A DNA stretch of 63,262 nucleotides, counting the filler, from Hyphochytrium catenoides (taxonomy: Eukaryota > Protista > Hyphochytriomycota): the NCBI GenBank assembly GCA_900088475.1. It is 4 parts of 4 records of this genome, joined end to end, with 100 filler letters (N's around TTAATTAATTAA, not from the genome) between each part and the next. Parts side by side here need not be neighbours in the genome. Positions count along the whole stretch, not along the records: positions 30,555 to 61,060 come from FLMG01004144.1; 3 more parts are not named here. One strand, 5' to 3'. Positions within the stretch are counted from its first letter, which is position 1. Every line of letters starts with the position of its first letter. This document shows, in pieces, positions 40,849-53,200 of the stretch. The notes beneath the pieces are model-generated. The model was not told the DNA's origin, did not search any database, and saw only the letters and a list, made by a program, of their open reading frames with translations. A program made the translations under genes and the position numbers.

Positions 40849-43096
40849 ATGAACGACCAGGCGCTGTATGCAGAACAACAAGACCTAGAGCGCCGACTTC
40901 GAGACCTAAAAGCCACAAGGCAGCGTAATGATCCTGAAATAGGAGACATATTGAATAGCCTGGGCTCGGTGGCAGTAGAGTTAGGTGACTACGAGGATGC
41001 CAGGTACCGGTTTGAGGAGGCGCTTACTATATATCGCGACTTCTATGGTGAGAGTACCCACCCGGACATTGTGGCGACCCTTAATGATCTGGGGGTAGTC
41101 CTGGCCTTCATGGGTGAACACGAAGCCGCAAAGGACCAATTTGAAGAGGCCCTCGTCGAGCTAGAAGGCATCAAGCCGAGAGACTACGCGTCTATAGTGA
41201 AGACTTTGAAGAACTTGGCTGGTGCGTACACTGACCTGGCCAACTATGCCACTGCCAAGAAGAGGTATGATCAGGCCCTAGAGCTTGAAATGGCTACACT
41301 TCCCGCAAACCATCCGGATATCGCCTCCACATTGAGCAGCCTAGGGAGAGTTCTCCGGTAAGTGGGACGCGAGGTGGTTTCCTTCTACGCTTCCCCGGAT
41401 CATTGCGCTTCTCCGCATCTATAAACGTTCCCTTCTTCGGCTCCCCCTCTTCTGCTTTAGCTCTCTGCTGAGTAGGCTCCTGGCTTCATTCACTTCGTCT
41501 ACCCTAACGCTACATTCTTAACGTTCTACCTCCAAATGTTAAATCAACGGTAGTATCCTAACGCTCATATTTCAGATATGCGGGAGACCATGCGTCAGCG
41601 AAGAAGAAGTTTGAATATGCATTGAAAATTCGATGTGAGAACCTGCCACCCAACCACCCTAGCATTGCGGCTGCGTTCACCAATATGGGTACCGTGCTAC
41701 AAGACCTTGGGCAATTCAAGGATGCTAAAATGCAGTTTGAGGCCGCCCTGAAGATTAGGCAGGTCCAGAGGCAACCAGCGGCAATGGGGGTCACGCTTGG
41801 CAAGCTTGCTGGACTTCTGCAGGCGATGGGAGACCACGCCGGCGCTAAGAAGAAGTATGAGCAAGCGCTGCAGACTCTACCGCCGGACCATAGCTGCATT
41901 GCTGACTATCTTGGCAGTCTTGGCTGCGTCATGAGATCTCTTGGAGATTTAGCGACAGCTAGAAAGCGACTGGAGCAGGCCCTGGGTTTAAAGAGGACGA
42001 CCTTGCCACCGGAAGACATCTCCATTGCTAACACCTTAAACGATTTGGGTGGTATCCTTCACGCAACTCAAGATTACAGAGGTACTGCTGGAATCTTCAC
42101 TATCAAGTGAACTTGTGTCAGAGTTGCACCTTGCACCGCGGACCCACAGTTCCTCCTTTGTGTTCATCGCTACTTCTTTATGGTACTATAGTCTTTATCT
42201 CTTATAAGCTGTATTGACCTCCCTTTTTCTCTTCTCCAACAAACGGGAGGACTCACTCTTCTCTACTTCTCTGTTTTCGCATTCGTTGAATAGGTGCTAA
42301 GAAGTGTCTGAGTGAAGCACTGAGAATTCGAAGGCTTAAGCTCTCGCCCAACGACCCTGAAATTGCCGCTAGCTATAACAACTTGGCATTAGTCCTCCGA
42401 ACTCTCAACGAGAATGAAGAGGCTCGCGAGACACTAGAGAAGGCTCTCAGCATTCAAAAGCGGACGTTACCTCCTAATCACCCAGATCTTGGCATGACAA
42501 TGAACAACTTGGGCAGGGTCCTTTATATCTTGGAGCAGTATGAGGAGTCCATTGAGTACCTCGAAGACTCCCTGAACATCATGCAGTCATCTCTGCCAGC
42601 AGAACACCCTGGTGTGGCACAGACAAGACGCTTAATTCAGTATCTTAGGAAAAAGCGGGCATCTAATCAGTCACAGAGCGACTATGGTGGAGGATCTCTC
42701 ACTGATAACAACTATAGGCAGGACCAGGACAACTACCGATACTCTACTGCCATAAGAGGTCCAGGTCCTGGCGGTTCTCGCCAGGTATCATTGGAAAGTA
42801 ACCCTCGATATGGCAATACGAGGGGTGGACAGGGTTACTCTGATGACCGACGAGGCGGAGGCTATCGTGGTGGGCGTAGCCCCAGAGATCCTTACGGCAC
42901 CAATCCTGCTTTTCGGGGATATGAGGATGCTGATTATGGGAGGAGAAAAGGCTATCAGAGGCAGGAATCTGGCTATAGCAGTCCACCTCGAAATTTTGAT
43001 CCGGATGCTTTTCCTAAGCGGCGTTATGATCCTACGGGACTGGCCAATGCCTATATTGAAGGCCAAGTGCCAGACTCTTCTAGATACAGAGAATAG
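40849..43096 (+). CDS. TPR-repeat protein (TPR_12/kinesin-light-chain-type 42-aa repeats) with RGG/YG-rich tail; exons 40849-41357, 41576-42081, 42294-43096
   Basis: Repeated HPDIA.TL..LG...G....A...FE.AL units. Both introns are GT-AG and preserve the frame. Confidence 0.88.
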
Positions 43097-44408
43097 CGGC
43101 AAGGGACCTCAGATGGCAGAGGCCTTGCTTAGACATAGATAGGGGCCAAGAGTTGTCCTGTGCTTGGTGGTAAGGACGATCTGGAGAGATGGATGTCAAA
43201 GTAGATCAAGCATGTTCGTCTGTGTGTCAGTTATCCCTGTCGCCGGACCGGTCAACCCTGACCTGTCTGTGTATGATTATTTAACGATATTACCATCTAC
43301 CCACAAGTCTTCTGAGTGTAGGGTTGACTGCTGCCTTCCTCTAACAGCGACCTGACTAAAAAATCCTACACAACCCAGCACTTCATCTGTCAGGCTGGAG
43401 AACGATGCCGGCATTCTGGCAAAGAGTCCAGAAGAAGGTGGTTGACCCCGATCGTGTCATATTGCTCTGCGCCCCACCCCCAGCTGGAATATGATGTGGC
43501 GATAGAGTCATAAGCTCTTGGAAGGGCTATCAACAGCCTCTCTGGCGCTCCCGACGTCTGAATAGCAGAATAGCAGCTGCCGGTCTCATTGCCGTGTACA
43601 TGTGGTGTCCTGCGACTCGGACTAAGTAAGTTCAACAGAGCAGACATGTGGTCCTCTACATTCTGCTATGAGGTCATGAACTATGCCCGCAAAACAGGCT
43701 TGAAGGTAGTGAAGACCATAGAGAAGGAGACCTATCGCCTTCCATCTTGATAAGGACGGTAGCAGAGACAGAAGACATGGAGAAAGACAAGATGAGGATG
43801 AAGATGTTGCTAATATAATAAAATGAGGATGAGGATGGAGTGCCGCTTGGAAGGCAGGCCAGGCCGTTCATGCGGCCTTTCGAGTGCTGTAGACGGGCAA
43901 GTGTGACTGCGTGAATTTAGCGGGGGCCTTTCTTCGGCAGTTGATAAAAACACAGATGTATTGATGGAGCCAGCCGAAAAGCACTTGAAATACCGAAAGC
44001 AGCAACTTGAAGGGTTATCATATAGAGCGTGATAATGATTATCGGTCAGGCCCGCAGTAACGTCCGTTCTGATAATCACGTGTCGCTACTATGACTGGAT
44101 CAGAAGGGTCAGCCAAGCTTTGTGGGCTTCCATGACAAGACACTGAGGAAGGACGATGAAGGGAAAGGCTGCGCTCGATGTAAAGCGAAGCTTTTCAGCT
44201 CCCAACATCCTCCGCTCCGCACTGCTCTTCATACATTGTGCTAACGGATCTGAGCAAACAGGAGCTGCGGTCTAGGTTCGGCCTTTTGACCTCGCAGAGC
44301 CCAAAGAATAGCCTTGGCTGCACGATTGCCTAGCCACCCACTTCTCACTTGCTAGCTTTTAGAGTTAGCATCGCTGGTCCCTGGCTGTAACGTCGGAAAG
44401 TGGAACAG

Positions 44409-46621
44409 ATGCGGGCCGTCCGAAAACTCCCTGGCAGCCATGCCGGACAGCTCGCTCGACGGGACGTTTCGCCACTGCTAACATATCTGCTGAGCCGACG
44501 TCCGTTCAGTACGGAAGCCGTGAGGCCGCCTCAGTCAAAGTCAAAGCCATTATCCAGAGCGGGCACTCCGCGAGAAGATGTCCTTGCTTCGATTGACATC
44601 CTTGATCGGGGCACACTCGTAGAAGTTGTAAGCACTCTTCATCACCCATGCCTTGTCTTCTTGAGACTGTTTAGAGACTTCTCCCGGAATACCTTTGAAG
44701 TCTTCTTTGTAGCTCTTCCCTTGTCAGCCTATTGTCTCTGCAAACCGAATTCTGATGAGGGACTGAAGCTAAGTTTACTGGTCTTAGGACATAGACGGAC
44801 TAGATAATCTCGGCATAGGGTACGGAACCTATACGACTGCATTCGGCAAGACATTCACAATCAAAGTCAACCGTAGGTGTCTCACCTTTGTGTATCCAAG
44901 ATTTGTCGTCCGTTGTACCCTCATATTGCGCTCTTGGAGGCCTCTGAACTCTGCCTGGCTACTCTCTGCTCAGTAAGATGACGGTCTGACCCTGTTTTAT
45001 CTTTTCAGGTGCCATTCCAGGGCAGAAGGTGCGAGCATTTGTCCTTGGTATGGCTGACTACCTAACCGCTGTAGCTGGCATCAACGAAGTGCTTCGAGAG
45101 ACGGAGGACAGAGTAGAGCCAGTCTGTCAGCACTATAAGGACTGTGGAGGCTGCTCTCTTCAAGAAATCCCTTATCAGAGGCAGTTGGAGCATAAGACCC
45201 GGTTGGTGAAGGATGCCTGCATCAAGATAGTAGGCGAGAAGGAAGCCGAAGCTGTGCGTCCTATTGCGGGCATGCGAGTCCCTTACAGGTTTCGGAACAA
45301 GATGGAGTTTTCTTTTTCAAGTCGTATATGGACCCCAAGGGCTGAGACTGAGGCTTCGAAGGAAGACTTCAATGGTGGCGCTCCTAGGAATGATGGGAGA
45401 GGAGAGCTGGAACTTATAGAAAAGAGGACAGAGGACGAAGGAGTCGTAGAGGACAGAGACATCGCAGGCTCAGGGAAGGTGGAGAACAGAGAAGAGTCAT
45501 TATCATCAGATGACGTTACAAGCGCGGACCAGGCTGACTATCATAAGAACGTGAGAGTGGGCCTGGGACTGATGCATAAGGCCGGAGTCGTTCCCAGAGG
45601 CTACAAATGGGATCGCAATCAGAGAAGAGCGCCTAGGAAAGTGGTAGAGATACAGCACTGTTGGATCTCTCCTCCGGCTTTTAGCGAGATCGTCGCCACT
45701 GTGAGAGAAGAAGCCAACAAACTAGGCTTGCAACCTTTCAACAGTTGGCGCAAGAAGACGGGAGGCTTTTTGACCAATTTAGTCCTACGGAGAGGGCATT
45801 TTGAGGGGGAGATGCACATCATGGTGGACATTGTAACTTCCTACAAGGCACCGGAAAAGATCAGACCCATAGTCGACGCACTGGAGAGGGTCGAGCTGGA
45901 GGACGATGCTAATGGGATGAAGGTTGTCATAAAGTCCATAGTCAACAGGGTGGACGAGCGTGCTAATCGGCATCTTGAGAATGTGAATAGGGACTGCTCA
46001 TTGACTGTTTTCCGGGGAGAACCTTACATCCATACGGAGTTTCTAGGTAGGATTTTCAGGATATCTCCAGTCTCCTTCTTCCAGACAAACTATCAGATGG
46101 CGTCACAAATGTTTTCCTATGTTGTCAAGAGCTGCCAGGCGGTCCCAGGACTAGACAGAGCCGTAGTCTGGGATCTGTTTACCGGCACGGGGGTCCTTGC
46201 TATTTGCGTGGCTCCGTGGGTCCACCAGGTTTTTGGTGTGGATGTAGTTCATGAGGCCATTGAGGATGCCAAAGTGAACGCGTCGCTTAACCATCTCGAC
46301 AACGTGCAATTCTTCCGGTGTGACCTGAACAGTACGAAGAGTAAGGCGCTGGAGTTATTACGAGGCCTTCCAAGCCCAGATATTGTCATCTTAGACCCTC
46401 CTCGATCGGGCGTTGGCACGACATTGCTCTGGGCGTTGAACACCTTACGGCCTAGACGAATTATCTATGTCGCTTGCAACCATGAAGTGCTGATGAAGGA
46501 CCTGAAGCTGCTGTGCGAGCCAAAATATGGGTCTTATGACCTCACTGCCTTGCAACCCTTTGATATGTTTCCAAATACGATGCACATCGAGGTCGTGGCC
46601 GTGTTGGATCTGAGACGGTAG
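44409..46621 (+). CDS. RNA (uracil-5)-methyltransferase, RumA/TrmA (TRM2) family with TRAM domain and 4Fe-4S motif; probably organelle-targeted (3 exons)
   Basis: CQHYKDCGGC, FRNKMEFSF, SFFQTN, DLFTGTG, LDPPRSG, IYVAC and DMFPNTMHIE motifs. The Arg-rich N-terminus with RRPFST resembles a mitochondrial presequence. Confidence 0.92.
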
Positions 46622-47221
46622 AAGCATAATGCAACGATTTGTTCTTTGGCAAAGAGACTCCTTTCCTCCAATATAGTCCTTCCTCTCTCTGCCGCTATTT
46701 AAGTATCCCCCGACCTGGGTAATCCGTCATGGTCTAGGATCCCATCTCTCTTTCCCATTTATCCTCGTGTTCCCCCTGCTCGCACCCGCCGGCTTAGGTT
46801 TCACTTCTGCTCCTTTCAATTCCCTGAAAGGGCTGGCTAAGGTTAGAACGAGCTGTCTTTAGAGGGGTTGTCCTTTGGAAGTGATGGATGTCCCCAGTAA
46901 ATGACGGTGTCGTTTGAGACAGAGACGAAAGAGGTAACTAGACAGCACTGGCCAGATAGGGTGATATCAGCGATGAGGCTGTGATCACGTTGGCTCACTT
47001 ATTCGTAGAAGAAAATTCCATTAATTTAGCTGCATTAGCTTAGGGTTGCCCAGTCGATTATGGGAAACACCTTCATATACTGTGCCGCAGTCTTAACTGC
47101 AAGTCACGGGTGAAAGACAAAGGCCCAGGAAGGGAAGGGCGTGCCAATCTGATGAAGAGGTTGGCACAGAGAGAAAAGAGAGAGAGGAAAAGTGCGAGGG
47201 AGAGCTGTATCTTTCTGAGGC

Positions 47222-50200
47222 CTAGGCCATAAGTGGAGCCGTGATCTGGATCTCATTCTTCTTCCTCTCACTCTGCAAGACCACCCTTGCATCTACCCGC
47301 AGCGGGTCCAGTGCCACCACCCAAGCCATCTGCTCGGCCTGAGTGGAGGCTTGAAACTGATGCAGTGCGGTAGAGGGTGATGACGGAGAGGACGAGGACG
47401 AAGCCAGCCAAAATGAAAATGGAATGCCTTGGACAGCGTCTGCTGGGTCCACGACGACCTGGAAGTGCCATTATGAATAGAAAAAGGTGGTAGGAGTCAG
47501 CGCCAATAGGCAGCCAATGACAGAGGATGGTATAGCACCCACGAGAAGGAGCGATACAAGAAAGCAGCTCTCAACCAAGAGTGAAACTGAGACAGCGCAC
47601 AGGTATCATAACAATAAAAAAAATAAAAGCGAAGAGGTAGCATAACTCGTTGGAGCAAGGTGGAAGGGAGCTGAGCCAAGAGAATGGATGCATCAAAATC
47701 AAACAGGGCCAGCGTCTTATTTAGATAGCATGGAGCAGCATCGATATAATGAACGGCACAGAAAGGGGGTGCACAACCGCCTCATGCTTTCCATGTTCGA
47801 AAAGGATCCACGTCCCCTCTTTCACCTACCTGATATCTGCTGATGTCCAGCACGCCGGCCGCCTTGCCTTTGGAATACTCCTTATAGATGTAGAGGAACG
47901 GCCGCTTCAGCACTACCCAGCGCCTCTTCCAATCTCCTCCTTGCGTCGTACCTCCTCCGCCTACCAGCCTTCGTGTCGTGGGCTTGGCGCTAGGAAGTGT
48001 GAGCGGTAACGAAGACGAGCTTCCTTCTGCTTTTAGCATAAGGAAGCCACACATGTCCCCTGCATCGGCGTCAGAATGGCCATGATCGTTCACCTGATGG
48101 TCTGGCAGGGCGGCTAGCAACTGGAGAGAGAACGTCGTCAAAGATGAGAAAGAGGACCATACGCAAGAGGGATACCAATGGAGGCAGAGGAAAATCGAAG
48201 ACAGAAACAGATATATGAGCGGAAGCGTTAACGGAGCAGGCAAGAAAAGGATAGGCGCAGAACTAAGCAATAACCCGTTATCCAGAGAGATTGTCTATCA
48301 TATGAATTGAGGTGCAAAGAAAATCCGTAACACCAGCGACTGAAGCGTAGTCATAGACGTAGCTAAAGGGTAGCCGCTTCATATCAGGGTCTGATGCGAC
48401 AGAAGGACACGTCAAAAACTAGCAGAAACGCCGAGAAGCGTACCAAGTCGCCTGCGCCCCTTCTCTCTCTTTCTNNNNNNNNNNNNNNNNNNNNNNNNNN
48501 NNNNNNNNNNNNNNNNNNNNNNNNNNNNNNNNNNNNGTAAACAGAGCCATGTTTCCCCTGCACAGCAGGCACCCCTCGCTCCGTAAGAGATGTGAGGTTG
48601 AAAGAAGGAGACGAATCTCCTTGGTGTCCACTTTCACGGCGGAGATCTGGGCAGGCATTCAAGAGAGATTGCCTCTCATTTTCAAGCTGAAGAAGACAGT
48701 AAAGCCGCTTTTGTGCTTTGTCGTGCCTCTCAAACATCGCCTTCAGTAAGATCTGCTTCAGCTCTTTCTTTCCTATTCCTGAATCTGTTTGACCATCACT
48801 ATTGGCAGTTTCTCCATGAAGCGATGAGAGGAGGGCATGCAGAGACGCTTCCTTCGTCTCCAGTACTTCGACCGTGAACCAGCTCCCAAGGTGCTGCATT
48901 CTGCTGAATTCTTCTCTTTCCCACTGAACTACACTACTCTGTCCCCTCTTTCTTCCTCCTGGGTGGGCTCGCTCTCTTCCTCTCAACCTCAGGTTGCTAC
49001 TCCAGTGCTCTGTATAGACTTTAGCGACAAGAGGACGCGAGAGAAGTACCGGCAGCGCAGATGACGTGCATTTGAAGGCCACGGAGATGTGAAACTTCTG
49101 TCTCTCTCCCCGTTGGCACTCGACGCCTCGCAGGATTGTGCAGCCCGGCTATAATGGCGGAGAGACACGTCGAGATGAGATGGATGACCATGGCATTACA
49201 AAGCAAGACAGACGTTCGATTGCGAGTGTGAGGGGGAGAAAGAAGGACCTATTCTTATACTGTACGAGGGAGGACAGACAGATGGAACCATTGGACGCAG
49301 TGACAGAGAGCAGTACAAGGGTCTTTTAGAAGGAAGATCTTTAATAGCATCGATGGGGCAAAGGATTAGAGCACTTATTGGGGGCGAAAGACTCAAAAAG
49401 CACGAGCAAGATGGAGACAAAGGGAGAAGGCTCAAGCCAGAGGATAAGTAATACTTGGCATGGTATCATCTCACCTCTAGCTCGCAGAGAACAGTGATAG
49501 AACGACCTTGCTTGTCCACCTTCACATCACTTATGGGAAGAGTCTCGCTCTCCTGCCAATCATAGAACTCCTTGCCGTCTGCCTGGCTTCTGTCTACAGC
49601 TTCGACTTCCCTTCCCATAAGAGGGAGAGAGAGAGGACCCAATAGCTTCGTACTGTTTTTTCTCACCCTCTCTTTCCCTCTCCGGCCAATACGCAGCTCT
49701 TCCACGGATTCGAGCGAGAAGGGCTCATGGTCGGACTGCATGAGAGTGACCACCAGTTGCAAGGGACGGCCCTTCAATAGGCGAAGGCTACCGTCATCCT
49801 GCAGGCAACGCAAAGGAGTACAACCTCAGCTTTCTAGCACGTCCTTTCAATCTCTCTCTCTTCTCAGTCTCTCAATTTGTCCATCGCTTCTCTCCCATGT
49901 GCTCCTCTCAATACTAGTTTCCCATTTTCTCTGACCTTCACAGGGACCGGCAAGAACTCCTCCTGGTCCGTCTTCGCTCTTACGTCAACGGAGAGGAAGA
50001 AGTCATGGAAGCGGGATGAAGAAAACGCGACCACGGATGATAGGGCGCCAAAAGCTCTGTAGAGAGAACAGACAGACAGTCACACACACACACAGAGAGA
50101 GAGACAGAGAAAGAGAGACAGAGTGACAGAGAGACAGAGAGAGATATATGGGAGGAGAGTAGTAGAGAGAGACAGGGGGCCAGCCAGATGAGAGAGCCAA

Positions 50201-53200
50201 AGTCAGCCAAGTTGGCGTAGGGAGTGGATAAAGAATTTTGTTCGGCGATGAGATCAGTAGGTTCTATATATGACACAGCCAACGCAGAAAGACGAAGATA
50301 CGGAGACAAGGTTGGAGGTCCTCTTCGCTGGTTTGGAATAGGACCGCCATACCTCTCATCTATCTTGCAGCTGGGCACCATGCTTCTGCTAGGGATCTTT
50401 GCTTTGGATCCGTGGACCAGTGCCCCACTGAGAATCTCTTCGTGGTCGCGTCCCGGGAAGTGGGGAGCGCCAGACGGAGAAGGGAGAGAAGAGGAGGGAG
50501 AAGACGGTACCGGGAGACCAGGAAGCACAGGTAGGCCTCTTCCCCAAAGATGCAGAGATAGAAACCCTTGATCAAGGTACTGGAGGAGCTCTTCGGAGTA
50601 CTCTGCTTGCAATGACGCGTCGTGTCTTAAAGGGCAGCTCGCATCCGAGGGATTGCAGGGCACGCTAGACGTGTAGCTGCGACCAGGAAAGGACAACAAA
50701 CAAAGCCCGGAGAACGTCAGAGCAGAGCAGCGCGTCAAAGAGAGATTGCAAATTATGAACTTATACGTAACAAAAGGCAAAACGAGAGAAACAGCGACAA
50801 CACTATACGGGGAAGATGACGTAGGGCAGGGACCTTAGCTCAAACGTCTAAATAACGGAGAGACAGAGAAAAGGCCAACCACACAGCTGGAACATAGAGG
50901 AGGCACAAGGCAGAGAGCGGACGAGAGACACAAAGAGAGAGAGACACACATAGAGACACAGAGGGAACAAAAGTAGGAGAGAGAGAACTCGAGAGCGAAT
51001 GGAAGTAAGTGAGAGGGTGTGAGAGGGAGTGAGAGAGAGAGAAGAGAGAGACAGAGAGAGAATGCACTAAATCAAAGGAGTCAGAGACGAGAGAGAGAGA
51101 TGCACTCTACCTTGCATTTTCCTCCTGCCAGAATCTATAACTAAGGAATATCTCCTCGAGGTACAGCGACTCCAAAGCTGAACTTCCTGTTGATGCAAAA
51201 ACGAAAGAAACCTCTGTGATCAGAAAGGAGGCCGAGAACCCCTCTGATCCCTGAGTATCCAGAGTCGAACCGGACAATTGCAGCTTGACTGTGGCAATCT
51301 AACAAGAGAATCAGGTCAGTGAATCTAAGAGAAGCGTCATGGAGAGACCAGGAGAGACTAAAGACAAAAGGAAGAAAACAATGAGACAGTATAGAAAGGA
51401 AGGAGTGACAGGGTCAAAATTGTCAGAGCTGAGAGTGATGCAGGGGGTTGATGAATAAGACCAAGCAGCACTCTCTTAACTGAGAAATGGAAGGAACAGT
51501 TTCAAAAGCTGGAAAAAAACGTTACCTGCTGTCCTCTAACATCAAGGACTGGGAGAGAGAGAAGGAGGGGAATGCTCTCCCTTGTTCTCTCTTTTAGGCA
51601 GGAGAGCGATAAATAGGCAGCTCCAAGCTGCCTCACATGTTCCAGACTTTCTCTTAGGGAAGGCTCCAGCGTAATGAGTAGAGACGAGGAGAGGTTCTGC
51701 TCCTTTGGTTCTCCTCTCGCTTCTCCTACGCTGTCCATGAAGCTGAAGGAGAAGACGCGTGGTTGTTCCGCCGCCGTCTCAACACCAGCGGAGCCCATAA
51801 TCCGAGGAGTTCCTCCTCCTCTTGCCTTCGGAGTTGAGACCAGGCTGGGTGCAGAAAAAAAACGTGAAGCAATAAGACGGGAGGTATGTCCCAGCTTACA
51901 CATCTTTCCCATCATTGAAACAAGGAGTGAAGGGAGGAGGAGGAGGGAGCTCCCCCGGAAGGCACCACAGAGTACAAAGAGAGCGAACGTGCAGATGGAT
52001 AGACGCACCTACCAGAGGGGAGGATGGAGGAAAGATGGCGATAGCAAGAGTAAGAGGAGAGAGACACTCAGCAGTGTATCATATAGAGAAATGGGGAAGA
52101 AGGTAGAGTGAGTCCATGCTCAACAAGGATCATACCCGCTGTGATGTCTCCGGAAATGGTTCCTTCGTAAGTCTCCGACGGGTGTGCCCGCTCTGCCTTC
52201 CCGTGGTGAGAGGAGAAGTGAAGCAATGCTCTCTTTTGGCGTCAGGGGAAAGGCGCTTGAATCCAAACATCTGCTTAGCAACGACTGCATTATAGAGATT
52301 TTTTGCAGGAACTGCTCCCTTTTCCATAGGACAGGAGTACGGCGACCATCGATAAACACCCACACCCCTAGCTCATCTCTTTGATGATGAGAACGGCCAG
52401 ACGATGGTTTTAGGTTAGTACACCAGTGTCGAAAGACGAGGGGACGCCCTCTAGACCGATAAAAGCAAAGGAAGAGCTATATGGAGAGTTCGACAAAGAG
52501 AAGAGAGGATAAGGTGTATGGGCGATGGGGAGATCAAAAGAGATACAAGGGCAAATGACTGACCCGTCGTGCTGAGCTTCTTTAGCGAAGGAGAGATAGA
52601 GCTTGTGAGCCTTGCACAGATCGTGCGCGGTCTGTAAGGCCTGGTCCAACTGTTCCTCCTCCGTCTGACCAGATCCTTGCTCTTCCTGGTCGTGCAAGAC
52701 TTCCACCGGAGGACGTGGGAGAAGGAGCTTTCTCCCTCTAGATAGTGAGTAAGAGAGGGGTAAAGGTGCCGTTGGAGCACTCCCTTCGGCTGCGCAGAAC
52801 ATACGCGGCACTATCAAAGCAAACCCAGAAGCCGGAGAAAAGAGTCTTAGTCATAAGAAAAGAAGGAAACCGACATGGAAAGCTTGCTCACCGTGCACTC
52901 GGAAGAGAAGATCGGAGCCTAGAGCCACCCTTTGTCCGTGGTAAAGACGAACTTTTTCCTTGATGTCTTCCCCTGTAATAGACCAGAGCAAAGACAGAAG
53001 AAGCAAGGATGAAGGAGGATACATTTCGTTAGCAAGAACCGGCCACAAGCGTGATCAATCATTGACCTTCAGGACCTTGAGAAGAGGCAGAAGGACGTAA
53101 AGCCAACACCAGTGTCTCTGTTGGTTCAAACACTAAAACGCGCCTTTCTCCTACCCTGGTCCCTAGCTAGTGCTGCCGTCCCACACTAACTCTACTTTCT

